A stretch of 64,000 nt of DNA, from the NCBI RefSeq assembly GCF_039654945.1, contig NW_027361696.1, forward strand, positions 61,566,001 to 61,630,000. Direction: 5' to 3'. Origin of the DNA: Dendrobates tinctorius (lineage: Eukaryota). The stretch's first letter is position 1. The number at the start of each line of letters is the position of its first letter. The notes below the pieces were generated by a model. It searched no databases, was not told the DNA's origin, and was given only the letters and a program-made list of their open reading frames with translations. The position numbers were made by a program, and so were the translations under genes. Below are positions 51,475-64,000 of the stretch, piece after piece.

Positions 51475-54400
51475 ATAGGACAGGGGAGATTTAGAATTTC
51501 AGCAGACACTTGTGGACACTGGGCACTTTTGGATTGTGTGAGGCCCACTGATATCTGAGCGCTATGTGACAGGCTCGATGGCACAGCTGTGACCAAAGTG
51601 ACTAGAGGATAAGGGAGATTTTGAATCTCTGCACACACTTTTGGACACTGGACACTTTTGGATTGTGTGAGGCCCAATGAATATCTGAGCGCTATGTGAC
51701 AGGCTCGATGGCACAGCTGTGACCAAAGTGACTAGAGGATAAGGGAGATTTTGAATCTCTGCACACACTTTTGGACACTGGACACTTTTGGATTGTGTGA
51801 GGCCCACTGATATCTGAGCGCTATGTGACAGGCTCGATGGCACAGCTATGACCAAAGTGACTAGAGGATAAGGGAGATTTTGAATCTCTGCACACACTTT
51901 TGGACACTGGACACTTTTGGATTGTGTGAGGCCCACTGATATCTGAGTGCTATGTGACAGGCTCGATGGCACAGCTGTGACCAAAGTGACTAGAGGATAA
52001 GGGAGATTTTGAATCTCTGCACACACTTTTGGACACTGGACACTTTTGGATTGTGTGAGGCCCACTGATATCTGAGCGCTATGTGACAGGCTCGATGGCA
52101 CAGCTGTGACCAAAGTGACTAGAGGATAAGGGAGATTTTGAGATTTTGAATCTCTGCACACACTTTTGGACACTGGACACTTTTGGATTGTGTGAGGCCC
52201 ACTGATATCTGAGCGCTATGGCACAGCTGTGACCAAAGTGACTAGAGGATAAGGGAGATTTTGAATCTCTGCACACACTTTTGGACACTGGACACTTTTG
52301 GATTGTGTGAGGCCCAATGAATATCTGAGCGCTATGTGACAGGCTCGATGGCACAGCTGTGACCAAAGTGACTAGAGGATAAGGAAGATTTTGAATCTCT
52401 GCACACACTTTTGGACACTGGACACTTTTGGATTGTGTGAGGCCCACTGATATCTGAGCGCTATGTGACAGGCTCGATGGCACAGCTGTGACCAAAGTGA
52501 CTAGAGGATAAGGGAGATTTTGAATCTCTGCACACACTTTTGGACACTGGACACTTTTGGATTGTGTGAGGCACAATGAATATCTGAGCGCTATGTGACA
52601 GGCTCGATGGCACAGCTGTGACCAAAGTGACTAGAGGATAAGGGAGATTTTGAATCTCTGCACACACTTTTGGACACTGGACATTTTTGGATTGTGTGAG
52701 GCCCACTGATATCTGAGCGCTATGTCACAGGCTCGATGGCACAGCTGTGACCAAAGTGACTAGAGGATAAGGGAGATTTTGAATCTCTGCACACACTTTT
52801 GGACACTGGACACTTTTGGATTGTGTGAGGCCCAATGAATATCTTAGCGCTATGTGACAGGCTCGATGGCACAGCTGCTGTGACCAAAGTGACTAGAGGA
52901 TAAGGGAGATTTTGAATCTCTGCACACACTTTTGGACACTGGACACTTTTGGATTGTGTGAGGCCCACTGATATCTGAGCGCTATGTGACAGGCTCGATG
53001 GCACAGCTGTGACCCAAGTGACTAGAGGATAAGGGAGATTTTGAATCTCTGCACACACTTTTGGACACTGGACACTTTTGGATTGTGTGAGGCCCAATGA
53101 ATATCTGAGCGCTATGTGACAGGCTCGATGGCACAGCTGTGACCAAAGTGACTAGAGGATAAGGGAGATTTTGAATCTCTGCACACACTTTTGGACACTG
53201 GACACTTTTGGATTGTGTGAGGCCCACTGATATCTGAGCGCTATGTGACAGGCTCGATGGCACAGCTGCTGTGACCAAAGTGACTAGAGGATAAGGGAGA
53301 TTTTGAATCTCTGCACACACTTTTGGACACTGGACACTTTTGGATTGTGTGAGGCCCACTGATATCTGAGCGCTATGTGACAGGCTCGATGGCACAGCTG
53401 CTGTGACCAAAGTGACTAGAGGATAAGGGAGATTTTGAATCTCTGCACACACTTTTGGACACTGGACACTTTTGGATTGTGTGAGGCCCACTGATATCTG
53501 AGCGCTATGTGACAGGCTCGATGGCACAGCTGTGACCAAAGTGACTAGAGGATAAGGGAGATTTTGAATCTCTGCACACACTTTTGGACACTGGACACTT
53601 TTGGAATGTGTGAGGCCCAATGAATATCTGAGCGCTATGTGACAGGCTCGATGGCACAGCTGCTGTGACCAAAGTGACTAGAGGATAAGGGAGATTTTGA
53701 ATCTCTGCACACACTTTTGGACACTGGACACTTTTGGATTGTGTGAGGCCCACTGATATCTGAGCGCTATGTGACAGGCTCGATGGCACAGCTGTGACCA
53801 AAGTGACTAGAGGATAAGGGAGATTTTGAATCTCTGCACACACTTTTGGACACTGGACATTTTTGGATTGTGTGAGGCCCAATGAATATCTGAGCGCTAT
53901 GTGACAGGCTCGATGGCACAGCTGTGACCAAAGTGACTAGAGGATAAGGGAGATTTTGAATCTCTGCACACACTTTTGGACACTGGACACTTTTGGATTG
54001 TGTGAGGCCCACTGATATCTGAGCGCTATGTGACAGGCTCGATGGCACAGCTGTGACCAAAGTGACTAGAGGATAAGGGAGATTTTGAATCTCTGCACAC
54101 ACTTTTGGACACTGGACACTTTTGGATTGTGTGAGGCACAATGAATATCTGAGCGCTATGTGACAGGCTCGATGGCACAGCTGTGACCAAAGTGACTAGA
54201 GGATAAGGGAGATTTTGAATCTCTGCACACACTTTTGGACACTGGACATTTTTGGATTGTGTGAGGCCCACTGATATCTGAGCGCTATGTCACAGGCTCG
54301 ATGGCACAGCTGTGACCAAAGTGACTAGAGGATAAGGGAGATTTTGAATCTCTGCACACACTTTTGGACACTGGACACTTTTGGATTGTGTGAGGCCCAA

Positions 54401-55650
54401 TGAATATCTTAGCGCTATGTGACAGGCTCGATGGCACAGCTGCTGTGACCAAAGTGACTAGAGGATAAGGGAGATTTTGAATCTCTGCACACACTTTTGG
54501 ACACTGGACACTTTTGGATTGTGTGAGGCCCACTGATATCTGAGCGCTATGTGACAGGCTCGATGGCACAGCTGTGACCCAAGTGACTAGAGGATAAGGG
54601 AGATTTTGAATCTCTGCACACACTTTTGGACACTGGACACTTTTGGATTGTGTGAGGCCCAATGAATATCTGAGCGCTATGTGACAGGCTCGATGGCACA
54701 GCTGTGACCAAAGTGACTAGAGGATAAGGGAGATTTTGAATCTCTGCACACACTTTTGGACACTGGACACTTTTGGATTGTGTGAGGCCCACTGATATCT
54801 GAGCGCTATGTGACAGGCTCGATGGCACAGCTGCTGTGACCAAAGTGACTAGAGGATAAGGGAGATTTTGAATCTCTGCACACACTTTTGGACACTGGAC
54901 ACTTTTGGATTGTGTGAGGCCCACTGATATCTGAGCGCTATGTGACAGGCTCGATGGCACAGCTGCTGTGACCAAAGTGACTAGAGGATAAGGGAGATTT
55001 TGAATCTCTGCACACACTTTTGGACACTGGACACTTTTGGATTGTGTGAGGCCCACTGATATCTGAGCGCTATGTGACAGGCTCGATGGCACAGCTGTGA
55101 CCAAAGTGACTAGAGGATAAGGGAGATTTTGAATCTCTGCACACACTTTTGGACACTGGACACTTTTGGAATGTGTGAGGCCCAATGAATATCTGAGCGC
55201 TATGTGACAGGCTCGATGGCACAGCTGCTGTGACCAAAGTGACTAGAGGATAAGGGAGATTTTGAATCTCTGCACACACTTTTGGACACTGGACACTTTT
55301 GGATTGTGTGAGGCCCACTGATATCTGAGCGCTATGTGACAGGCTCGATGGCACAGCTGTGACCAAAGTGACTAGAGGATAAGGGAGATTTTGAATCTCT
55401 GCACACACTTTTGGACACTGGACATTTTTGGATTGTGTGAGGCCCAATGAATATCTGAGCGCTATGTGACAGGCTCGATGGCACAGCTGTGACCAAAGTG
55501 ACTAGAGGATAAGGGAGATTTTGAATCTCTGCACACACTTTTGGACACTGGACACTTTTGGATTGTGTGAGGCCCAATGAATATCTGAGCGCTATGTGAC
55601 AGGCTCGATGGCACAGCTGTGACAAAAGTGACTAGAGGATAAGGGAGATT
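51475..55650. repeat. 129-133-bp tandem array, about 32 copies, upstream of the transposase
   Basis: Unit GATTTTGAATCTCTGCACACACTTTTGGACACTGG...GTGACTAGAGGATAAGGGA. Confidence 0.97.
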
Positions 55651-56060
55651 GGATTGCTTTTAAAAAAGCAGTTTGCGGAGCAGTGGGTAAACAGCAATGC
55701 CAGCCTGTCAGGAAGCCTTAAAAGGCAGCCCAACAACCAACACCACTGATACACCACAATATAGCCTCCCCTTGCACTGCACACACAGTGACTGGTGTGT
55801 TGTGCAGGCCAAATTGCTAGCAGCAGAAGCAGTTTTTTTTTCTTCTCAGCAGGACAAAAAAAAATATTGGGATTGCTTTTAAAAAAGCAGTTTGCGGAAC
55901 AGTGGGTAAACAGCAATGCAGAAATGTCAGGAAGCCTTAGAAGGCAGCCCAACAACCAACACCATTGATACACCACTATATAGCCTCCCCTTGCACTGCA
56001 CACACAGTGACTGGTGTGTTGTGCAGGCCAAATCGCTAGCAGCAGAAGCAGTTTTTTTGT
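55651..56060. repeat. 219-bp tandem duplication within the hAT
   Basis: GGATTGCTTTTAAAAAAGCAGTTTGCGG at 55651 and 55870. Confidence 0.85.
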
Positions 56061-56129
56061 CTTCTTCCCTGCCTAACTCTCTCCCTACAGAATCAGCAGC
56101 AACCTCTCCCTATACTGAGATCGGCAGAA

Positions 56130-56280
56130 GTAAGATGGCGGTCGGCGTGCACGCCCTTTTATACCCCCTGTGACGCCCACCAAAGCAAGCCAATCACTTG
56201 CATGCCCTTCTGAAAGATGGTGGTGACCCCTGCCTATGTCATCACGTTGCCCACAGTGTCCGTGGATCCTGATTGGCTGA
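56130..56280 (-). promoter_or_regulatory. Putative Pol II promoter of the hAT transposase
   Basis: CCAAT boxes (~56190, ~56272), TATAAAA at 56157-56163 (minus), YY1-type CCGCCATCTT at 56132-56141. Confidence 0.5.
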
Positions 56281-56496
56281 AAAAGAGCGCAAAACAAACT
56301 TTTGAAACGCGACTTTGGCGCGTAAGTCGCCGACCTCGTGGCCGACCTCATCCTAGGTTCGGGTTTCGTTTCATGAAACCCGACTTTGACAAAAGTCGGC
56401 GACTTTTGAAATTTTTCGACCCGTTTCGCTCAACTCTACTGCTTGCTGATTGATGCAATGCTTAAATTGATCTATGGATCTATGGATAGAGAGATA

Positions 56497-58120
56497 CATT
56501 TGTGCTCAAAAGTTTACATATCCCGGCAGAAATTTCCTTTTTTGGCCTTTTTTCAGAGAATATGAATGATAACACCAAAACTTTTTCTGCTCTCATGGTT
56601 AGTGGTTGGATGAAGCCATTTATTGTCAAACTACTGTGTTTTCTCTTTTTAAATCATAATGACAACCCAAAACATCCAAATGACCCTGACCAAAAGTTTA
56701 CATATCCCATTTCTTAATACTGTGTATTGCCTCCTCTAACATCAATGACAGCTTGAAGTCTATTGTGGTAGTTGTGGATGAGGTTCTTTATTTTCTCAGA
56801 TGGTAAAGCTGCCCACTCTTCTTGGCAAAAAGCCTCCAGTTCCTGTAAATTCCTGGGCTGCCTAGTATGAACTCTGTGTTTGAGATCTCCCCAGAGTGGC
56901 TCAATGATATTGAGGTCAGGAGAATGAGATGGACCTCCAGAACCTTCACTGTGTTCTGCTGTAGCCAATGACAGGTCGACTTGGCCTTGTGTTTTGGATC
57001 GTTGTCATGTTGGAAGGTCCAAGTTCGTCCCATGCGCAGCTTCCGGGCTGATGATTGCAAATTTGTCTCCAGTATTTGCTGATAACGTGCTGCATTCATC
57101 CTTCCTTCAACTTTGACCAAGTTTCCTGTGCCTTTGTAGCTCACACATCTCCAAAACATCAGCAATCCACCTCCCTGCTTTACAGTAGGAATGGTGTTCC
57201 TTTCATCATAGGCCTTGTTGAACTTTTATGGTTGTGGCCAAAAAGTTCAATTTTGGTCTCATCACTCCAAATTACCTTGTTCCTGAAGTTTTGAGGCTTG
57301 TCTCTGTGCTGCTTTGCGTATTATAGGCAAGATATTTTGTGACATTTGTGCAGTAATGGCTTTCTTCTGGCGAGTCAACCATGCAGGCCATTTTTCTTCA
57401 AGTGTCTCCTTATTGTGCATCTTGAAACAGCCACACCGCTAGTTTCAGAGAGTCCAGTATTTCAGCTGATGTTATTTGTGGGTTTTTCTTTGCATCTCAA
57501 ACAATTTTCCTGGCAGGTATGGACTAACTTTTTGTTGGTCTACCTGACCGTGGTTTTGCTTTTACAGAGCCCCTGATTTTCCATTTGTTAATCACAGTTT
57601 GAACGCTGCTGACTGGCATTATCAATTCCTTGGACATCTTTTTGTATCCCTTTCCTGTTTTATACAGTTCAACTACCTTTTCCCGTAGATCTGTTGACAA
57701 TTCTTTTGCTTTCCCATGACTCACAATCCAGAAACATCAGTGGCTAGATGAAAGATGCAAGAGTCTGTCTGGATCCCAGAAACTCACTCGGATTTTATGC
57801 AAACATACTGATTACAAGCAAATGAGTCACAGGTGAGGATGTTACATTTAGTAGCCATTCAAACCCATTTGTGTCAACTTCTGTGCATGTTATCAGGCAA
57901 AAATCACCAGGCTATGTAAACTTTTGATCAGGGTCATATGGATGTTTTGGGTTGTCATTATGATTAAAAAAACAAAACACAGTAGGTTGACAATAAATGG
58001 CTTCACCCAACCACTAACCATGAGTGGAGAAAAAGTTTTGGTGTTATCATTCATATTCTCTGAAAAAAGGGCAAGAAAGCAACAATTCTGCCGGGTTATG
58101 TAAACTTTTGAGCACAACTG
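56497..58120 (-). mobile_element. Full-length but decayed DD34E-type Tc1 element
   Basis: CAGTTGTGCTCAAAAGTTTACATA TIRs (~215 bp); TA TSD; frameshifted fragments ELSTDLREKVV, GRPTK, FQHDNDPKH, SPDLNIIE. Confidence 0.92.
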
Positions 58121-58223
58121 TAGATAGATAGATAATGGATAGAGAAAAGAAAATGAAAAGCAGCACAGGCAGAGAGTGTTCCTGGGTGCTGTGCCTCCAA
58201 GGCAATGACCAAACCTCCATATA

Positions 58224-58423
58224 CAGACAAAAAAATGAAGGCAGCACACCAGTTCAGGGTGAAAAAGTGTGGCTATTTAATTGCCCAAAATGGCGACGTT
58301 TCAGCTCAGGATTGTGAGCTTGAGAAAGGCTCACAATCCTGAGCCAAAAAGTCGCCATTTTGGGCAATTAAATAGCCACATTTTTTCACCCTGAACTGGT
58401 GTGCTGCCTTCGTTTTTTGTCTG
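58224..58423. mobile_element. Penelope-like palindrome in (TAGA)n microsatellite
   Basis: ~95-bp inverted arms around GAGCTTGAGAAAGGCTC. Confidence 0.55.
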
Positions 58424-58464
58424 TGGATAGATTGATAGTTAGTTAATAGAGATACAGTAGATAC

Positions 58465-58508
<44 letters not shown>

Positions 58509-58517
58509 AAAAAAAAA

Positions 58518-58775
58518 GCAGCACCAAAATAGTAGTGGTGTGAACTGTTTAATAGCCTAGTGGCATGGCAATGTTTCGCATATGGCAATCCTTTCTGAGC
58601 TTGAGAAAGGATTGCCATATGCGAAACGTTGCCACACCGCTAGGCTATTAAACAGTTCACACTACTACTATTTTGGTGCTGCTTTTTATTTTTCTATTAT
58701 CTAAGGACATAAAGGTGTCTGGAGAAGCGTGCACTACTCTAAGGTATTTTGTGCTGTTCCTATTTTTTACACATA
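58518..58775. mobile_element. Penelope-like palindrome, same family as 37765-38030
   Basis: Arms 58518-58683 centred on GAGCTTGAG; tail is the reverse complement of 37765-37850. Confidence 0.6.
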
Positions 58776-60004
58776 GATACACTGTAGATAGATAGATAAA
58801 TAGATAGATAGAGTCTGAATGTTGACTCTTGAATTGATGTTTGTTAAATTGTTGAAGGGCTGCTGCTTAACTAGTATATCAGTTCCTACAATTTATTGTG
58901 CTGCTATCCTTGGAGGACAGGGATGCAGGGTCATCAAATAATCAATGTTTGCTAATATGTTGAATACCAAATGTATCATTCCATGCAGTTTGTTGACCTG
59001 CAAACATTGAAGGTCAAACTATGTATGCAGATTGATTGAACACTTGAACAATAAGACCCTCGTGTCTCTACATCCAGGATCAGGGAAGGAAGGTTCATAA
59101 ATGTAATAAAAGCTGTTCATGATTACAACTTCAATTTTACAATTACAGAGTACAGCTCTTTAGTCTAAACTTCTGCTCAAAAAGTTTGATAAATGGACAT
59201 TTTATTATTTGATATAATTTTAATGGGTTGCCTCATAACAAACATGACCTTCATACGAGCCATCACTGAGCCATTTTTGGTACTCACAGCAGATAGTATA
59301 GTCTGTATATAATCCTTATTAAACCTGTTTCTTTCCTTTTTCCCCATGTAAACGACTCCAGACCAGAATGACGTGTATGATACATTTTATATCGCAATGT
59401 CTCCTCTCTTCCCTCCTCAGATACTGGACTGAAATCCTAATTGTATTATCTGTATTAATTCCATGTGTTCCTATTTTGGAGCCAATGATTCAAGAAATTA
59501 TTGATCTTTTTTTTTCATAAAATCAATACGATATTTCTATTAATGGCCACCTGGCGTCAGCTTGTTTATAAACCGCTCAGCTATTTTTACAATGTAACTT
59601 TAATCCTGCGCATCTTCATATAAAATGCAGCAGAAAAACATCATATTATGTCTGAGCTGAAGAAATGAAACATTGTATAAAAATATGCATCCCATGTACG
59701 CCTTGCGTGGCCCTCGGAGTATCTCGACACTTTTGAACGCATAATAATAATGTTTGCATTCATTCTCTCTGTATCCTAAAGCAAACTTTTCAATTATTAA
59801 CACATGGAATAACGTCTAAGCCGAAGATAAAGTGCTGGGACTCAGGAACCTTGCATAATGTTTTATCCTATGTGTACAGTTGATTTAATTAGTCATAAAG
59901 CAAAAATATATATAAAAAAGAAGCACGATGAGGCTTCCGCCCAGCTTCTAAACTAAAGGCATAAGTATTATAAATAGCACTATACAACAATAAACAATGC
60001 TACA

Positions 60005-62390
60005 AGTTCCTAAATGTGGGGCGTCAATACCTCCATAGACAACTAGCAGTTGCAAGCACGGTAGAGATATAAATGTGATTTCTAATGCGGTGTTTGGTTT
60101 CCCTTTCTAGAATGGTATTTGGTTGCCCCTTTTTACCCTTTCTATGATCCTTAAATCATTCACCTCTTTATTTATAATCAATACAGATTTTTCAGAGAGT
60201 CCAGCACAGGTCCTCACCATATTGTAGAGAATATGATGGGACCAACTAGTGCCGGTCCTCATTTTCTCCAAGGAGACAGATATCATCCGCATGGGCTGCC
60301 TTTAAGTGAATTACAATTACCCATTGATCAATGATATAAAAAAGATCCCCAGTCAGAGGCCTCTCACCTAGTCAAATCAGATCTCCTGCTTTATACTGAT
60401 AAGGGGTAAACACCCTGAAACGCATGCCTGGAAATGGAGTGCCTGGTTTGGCTTCTAATCCTAAGTCATGTGGCAAGGCTCTTTAAATGGTCGATATTGA
60501 CTTTTAGGATTGCTACAACCAATAGGTAGTGTAAGAGATCATGTCTTCTGTAAGAGGCTATTTACATATATAAATTCACAGAGGAGCATTTCATGGCCTA
60601 TAAATCTCCTTATATCGACTTGGCCCTCTCCACAAGGAGAAACATTACCTCCTTAGTCCCTCAGTATGAGGCCTCTCACCTAGCCAAAACAGATCTCCTG
60701 CTTTTCACTGAGGAGGGTATAACACCCCAAAACGTGTCTAAAGACAGAGATTTTGGATTGGCCCTTTATTCTAAATCATGTGGCAATGCTTTTTAATGGG
60801 TTGACATTCACTTTTACGATTGATACATCTAATAGGTGCTGTCAGAGATGAAGCCATCTTCCTTTAGAAGAGACTATTTGCATAAAAATATTATATTTTT
60901 GAATTTCCAATTACATTAAAATAGAGTTAAAATTATGAATAAACCCCTGGAGGTTAAGAGGTCCTAAGTGTTTGTCCGTTCAAAATCTCCACAGACAATT
61001 TGCAGAAGCAAGCACAGAAGAGATGAAAATGTGATTCCTCTTATGCTGCTTGGCTTCCTCTCGTAGGACAGAAGGGTTGATGCGTCTTTGTCCCTTTTCA
61101 TCCTTGATCTTTAAATGAATTGACTCTTTATTTACAATCATTACAGATTTTCACGAGATTCCAGCACAAGTCCTAACCATATTGTAGAGAAGGTAAAGGG
61201 ACCAACCAAGGCTGATCCTCCTCTTTCCAAGGAGCCACTTATCATCCACATGACCTGTCTTAAGGTGAATTGCAAATACCCATTGATCAAAAATATATTT
61301 TTTTAATACTTATTTTGCCCCAAAGTCAAAGGCCTCTCACTTAGCCAAATCAGATCTAGTGCTTGGTACTGACTGATGAGGGGAAAATACTATGAAACAT
61401 ATATTGTATCTGCAAATGGAGATTTTGTTTTTGGCTTCTTACACTAAGTCATGTGGCAAGGCTTGTTAAAGGGGTCAATACTGACTTTTAGGATTGCTAC
61501 AGTTGGCACCATCAATCAAGTCCTCTTTTTTTTCAAAAGGCTATTTGCATAAAAATGAATATTTTTTTAAATTCCTATGACATTAAAATAGAGTTAAAAT
61601 GATTACTTAAATCCTGTAGGTCTAGTATTAGGTCCTAAATGTGGAGGGGTCAAGATCTCCAGAGACAATTATTAGTTGCAAGCACAGAATAGGTCAAAAG
61701 GTGATCCTTATTACAGAGTTTGGCTTCCCCTTGTAGAAATGAAGGGTTGATGCTTGTTTGCCACTTATCACCCTTTCCATAATCCTTCAATCAATTCCCC
61801 CTTTGTTTGCACTCAATACAGATCATCTGGAGAGTCCAGCAAAGGACCTCACCACATAGTAAAGGAGAGGAGAGGATGGGACCACCAAGTGATTGTCCTC
61901 CTCTCTCCAACAAGCCAAACATCATCATAGGTATTTGTAATTCACATAAAAGAAGTCTATTGATAAATTATATTAAAACAAAACATATTTCAGCATTTTC
62001 AACTCCATGTAAAAGTGAAGTTAAAATGATGGGTAAAAGATTGGAGGTCTAGTATAAGGTCCTAAATATGGGGCTGTCAAGATCTCCATAGATTAGCAGT
62101 TGCAAACACAGAAGAGATCAAAATGTGATTCCTAATGTGGTGCTTGCTGGTTTTGCCACATAGGACACAAGAGTTGTTGATTGTACCCACTCTACACCCT
62201 TTCCCTTTGATCCTTGTTAAATTCCATCAATGTTTGAAATCAATACTGATCTTCTGGAAAGTCCAGTCCAGAAGATCAGTAGGCTCAGAAGAAGTAGGTC
62301 CACGTTACCATAAAATAGACAAGGCCATGGGACCAACAAAAGCTGGTCCCCCTTTCTCCATCATCTGCATGGGTTGTTGTCTTTAAAATA
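60005..62390. repeat. Old four-unit tandem duplication; the first two units contain modules with hammerhead-like cores
   Basis: Unit start (G)TCCTAA.TGT..G...GTCAA...CTCCA.AGA at ~60008, 60961, 61632, 62059; AGGCCTCTCAC.TAG.CAAA modules at ~60357, 60669, 61330. Confidence 0.7.
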
Positions 62391-63680
62391 GAGTAAAATT
62401 ACAGTGTATAACCTTAACCGGGAGTAAAAGCCTGGAAACCTGCAGGGTCCATTGCTCCTAGCAAAAATAACAGCTGAGAGAGAAAAGCGAGGACAAAGGA
62501 TATTTTAAGGTTACGGGAAGTTTGAATGTTTCTGCTGGGCATTACTCCAGTCATAGAGGATCCATATCTACCCACCCATTAGCTTGTTTACAAAGTTCAC
62601 CATTGATGGCCTCAAGTAAAGTGACCTGAAACATCTGTCCAAATACGACTGGTGTACTGCAGATGAAAGTCCTAGTTTTGTCCACTGCAAAGATGGCTCC
62701 AAGTTACCAAGCTACACATCAAACTTAAAGTCCAACAATATGTTGTGGTTAAAATTCCACCAGGTCAAGAGTTCGTGTGCCAAAAGAAATCCACCTGTGG
62801 CCATTATGGGTCATGACACAGACCGATACCTTCAAATGGACATCATAATTTTTGCAAACAAGGCCAGGTGTAGGATCAGTGCAAAGGAGGAAGCACTAGG
62901 CCTTCAAGCCTTGGAGTAGAATATGTGATGTTGGAACCAATATCTTAGGAAGCTCACATTTTCTATGTGAGGCCATATCCCCTCGATATAAGCTCCAGTT
63001 CAAGAGTCTATAATATTTTGATTCCAAGAGAAGATCAATGGAATTATCTCATGGTAATGACTATGGCGGACTAGTAATATTTTGCTATACCACTCATGGC
63101 TTATCTCTTTTTGACTATTATACTAATCCTTCTTTTTCTCCCTCCTTATCTCAAATATGTTATTTACCCCCGCTATTAATCACAAAACATATGATGACAC
63201 ACCTCACTCATACTACAACCTCATCTAAAATGATGGCAGAGAGTATTAATTAAGCAGAACTAACTGATGCGATATACGTGTGAGAGAGCGCTCAAGGAAA
63301 ATAAAATATTCATTAGAATACTCAGTGCTTTAATATAAACTACTTTAATTAAGAAAGGATGAAAGCCGTGCTCTACATGTATGTCATCACATTCACATTA
63401 ACTAAGTAAGAGTTTAATAAAACTGCAAGCACATTAAAGCCATAGGACAGTATTATTATAAGCGTCATAGGGAATTACTTTAAAATATCATAAGAATTGA
63501 TTATGGGTAAAGTAACAAAAGCTTTTTAGGAAAGTAAAAACAATAACAGTATATAAGTTCTTGGTTTCTAATACAGAACCATACATTCAGCCCTTTTGGA
63601 TACTATTGGGCCTATGGTGGGAAAATAGAAGAAGCCAGTCCAATCCAATTACAAAATAAAGGTCCCTGTACACATTAGAG

Positions 63681-63866
63681 CAGTGTTCCCCAACTCCAGT
63701 CCTCAAGAGACACCAACAGGTCAGGTTTTAAGGATTTCCTTAGCATCGCCCAGGTGGTGAAATTATTGCCTGTGCAGGTGAGCAGATCTCACCTGTGTAA
63801 TTTTAATGGAAATCCTGAAAACATGACCTGCTGGTGGCTCTTGTGGACTGGAGTTGGGGAACACTG
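63681..63866. mobile_element. hAT MITE
   Basis: CAGTGTTCCCCAACTCCAGTCC / GGACTGGAGTTGGGGAACACTG TIRs; perfect 8-bp TSD CATTAGAG. Confidence 0.92.
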
Positions 63867-64000
63867 CATTAGAGTAATGTTGGCCAAACTCAGGTTACCC
63901 AACATTCTGATCAGTATGAGGTGCCTGCCAACTGATAGTCAAGGAAAAAGTTGATCGATCATGTCTGGTTTCAGATTGCCAATTGCTTTCCACTCCCAGA

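Larger units (their letters stand above)
44719..56438 (-). mobile_element. Full-length 11.7-kb hAT DNA transposon
   Basis: 13-bp TIR TAGAGTTGAGCGA / TCGCTCAACTCTA; perfect 8-bp TSD CTGCTTGC (44711-44718, 56439-56446); shared subterminal motif GAAACCCGACTTT..CAAAAGTCGG. Confidence 0.96.

Noticed and set aside
51562-55625. Many repeating ORFs (GLTQSKSVQCPKVCAEIQNLPYPLV...)
   Set aside because: 129 bp is a multiple of 3, so frames stay open by chance; 130/133-bp variants break the frame repeatedly
46547-55650. Tandem arrays as CRISPR-like arrays
   Set aside because: Head-to-tail monomers with no unique spacers, in a eukaryotic transposon context
59600-59803. Candidate first coding exon of syt3
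   Set aside because: Lacks the MSGDY start and the conserved N-terminal cysteine pattern

Overview
Repeat-dense vertebrate genomic DNA; the transposon repertoire suggests an anuran (frog), which is an inference. The only host coding sequence recognised is one minus-strand exon of synaptotagmin-3 (28607-28979, transmembrane segment plus linker), so the rest of the window appears to be very large syt3 introns filled with mobile elements. Main elements: a DD36E (Incomer-type) Tc1 with one stop (292-1512); a 5-kb LTR element with no recognisable pol, a tRNA-Ser PBS and a frameshifted cold-shock-domain ORF, which splits an L2 LINE with no target-site duplication (4907-9868); a DD34E Tc1 with an open ORF (36111-37756); an 11.7-kb hAT with 8-bp TSD, a ~1178-aa BED-finger transposase with one stop, two large tandem arrays and a captured, diverged 18S rRNA fragment (44719-56438); plus decayed Tc1s, solo LTRs, Harbinger/hAT/Kolobok MITEs, a Helitron, a SINE, and Penelope-like palindromes and repeats with hammerhead-ribozyme-like cores. 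The best candidates for something undescribed are the cold-shock-domain LTR element and the 18S-carrying hAT.
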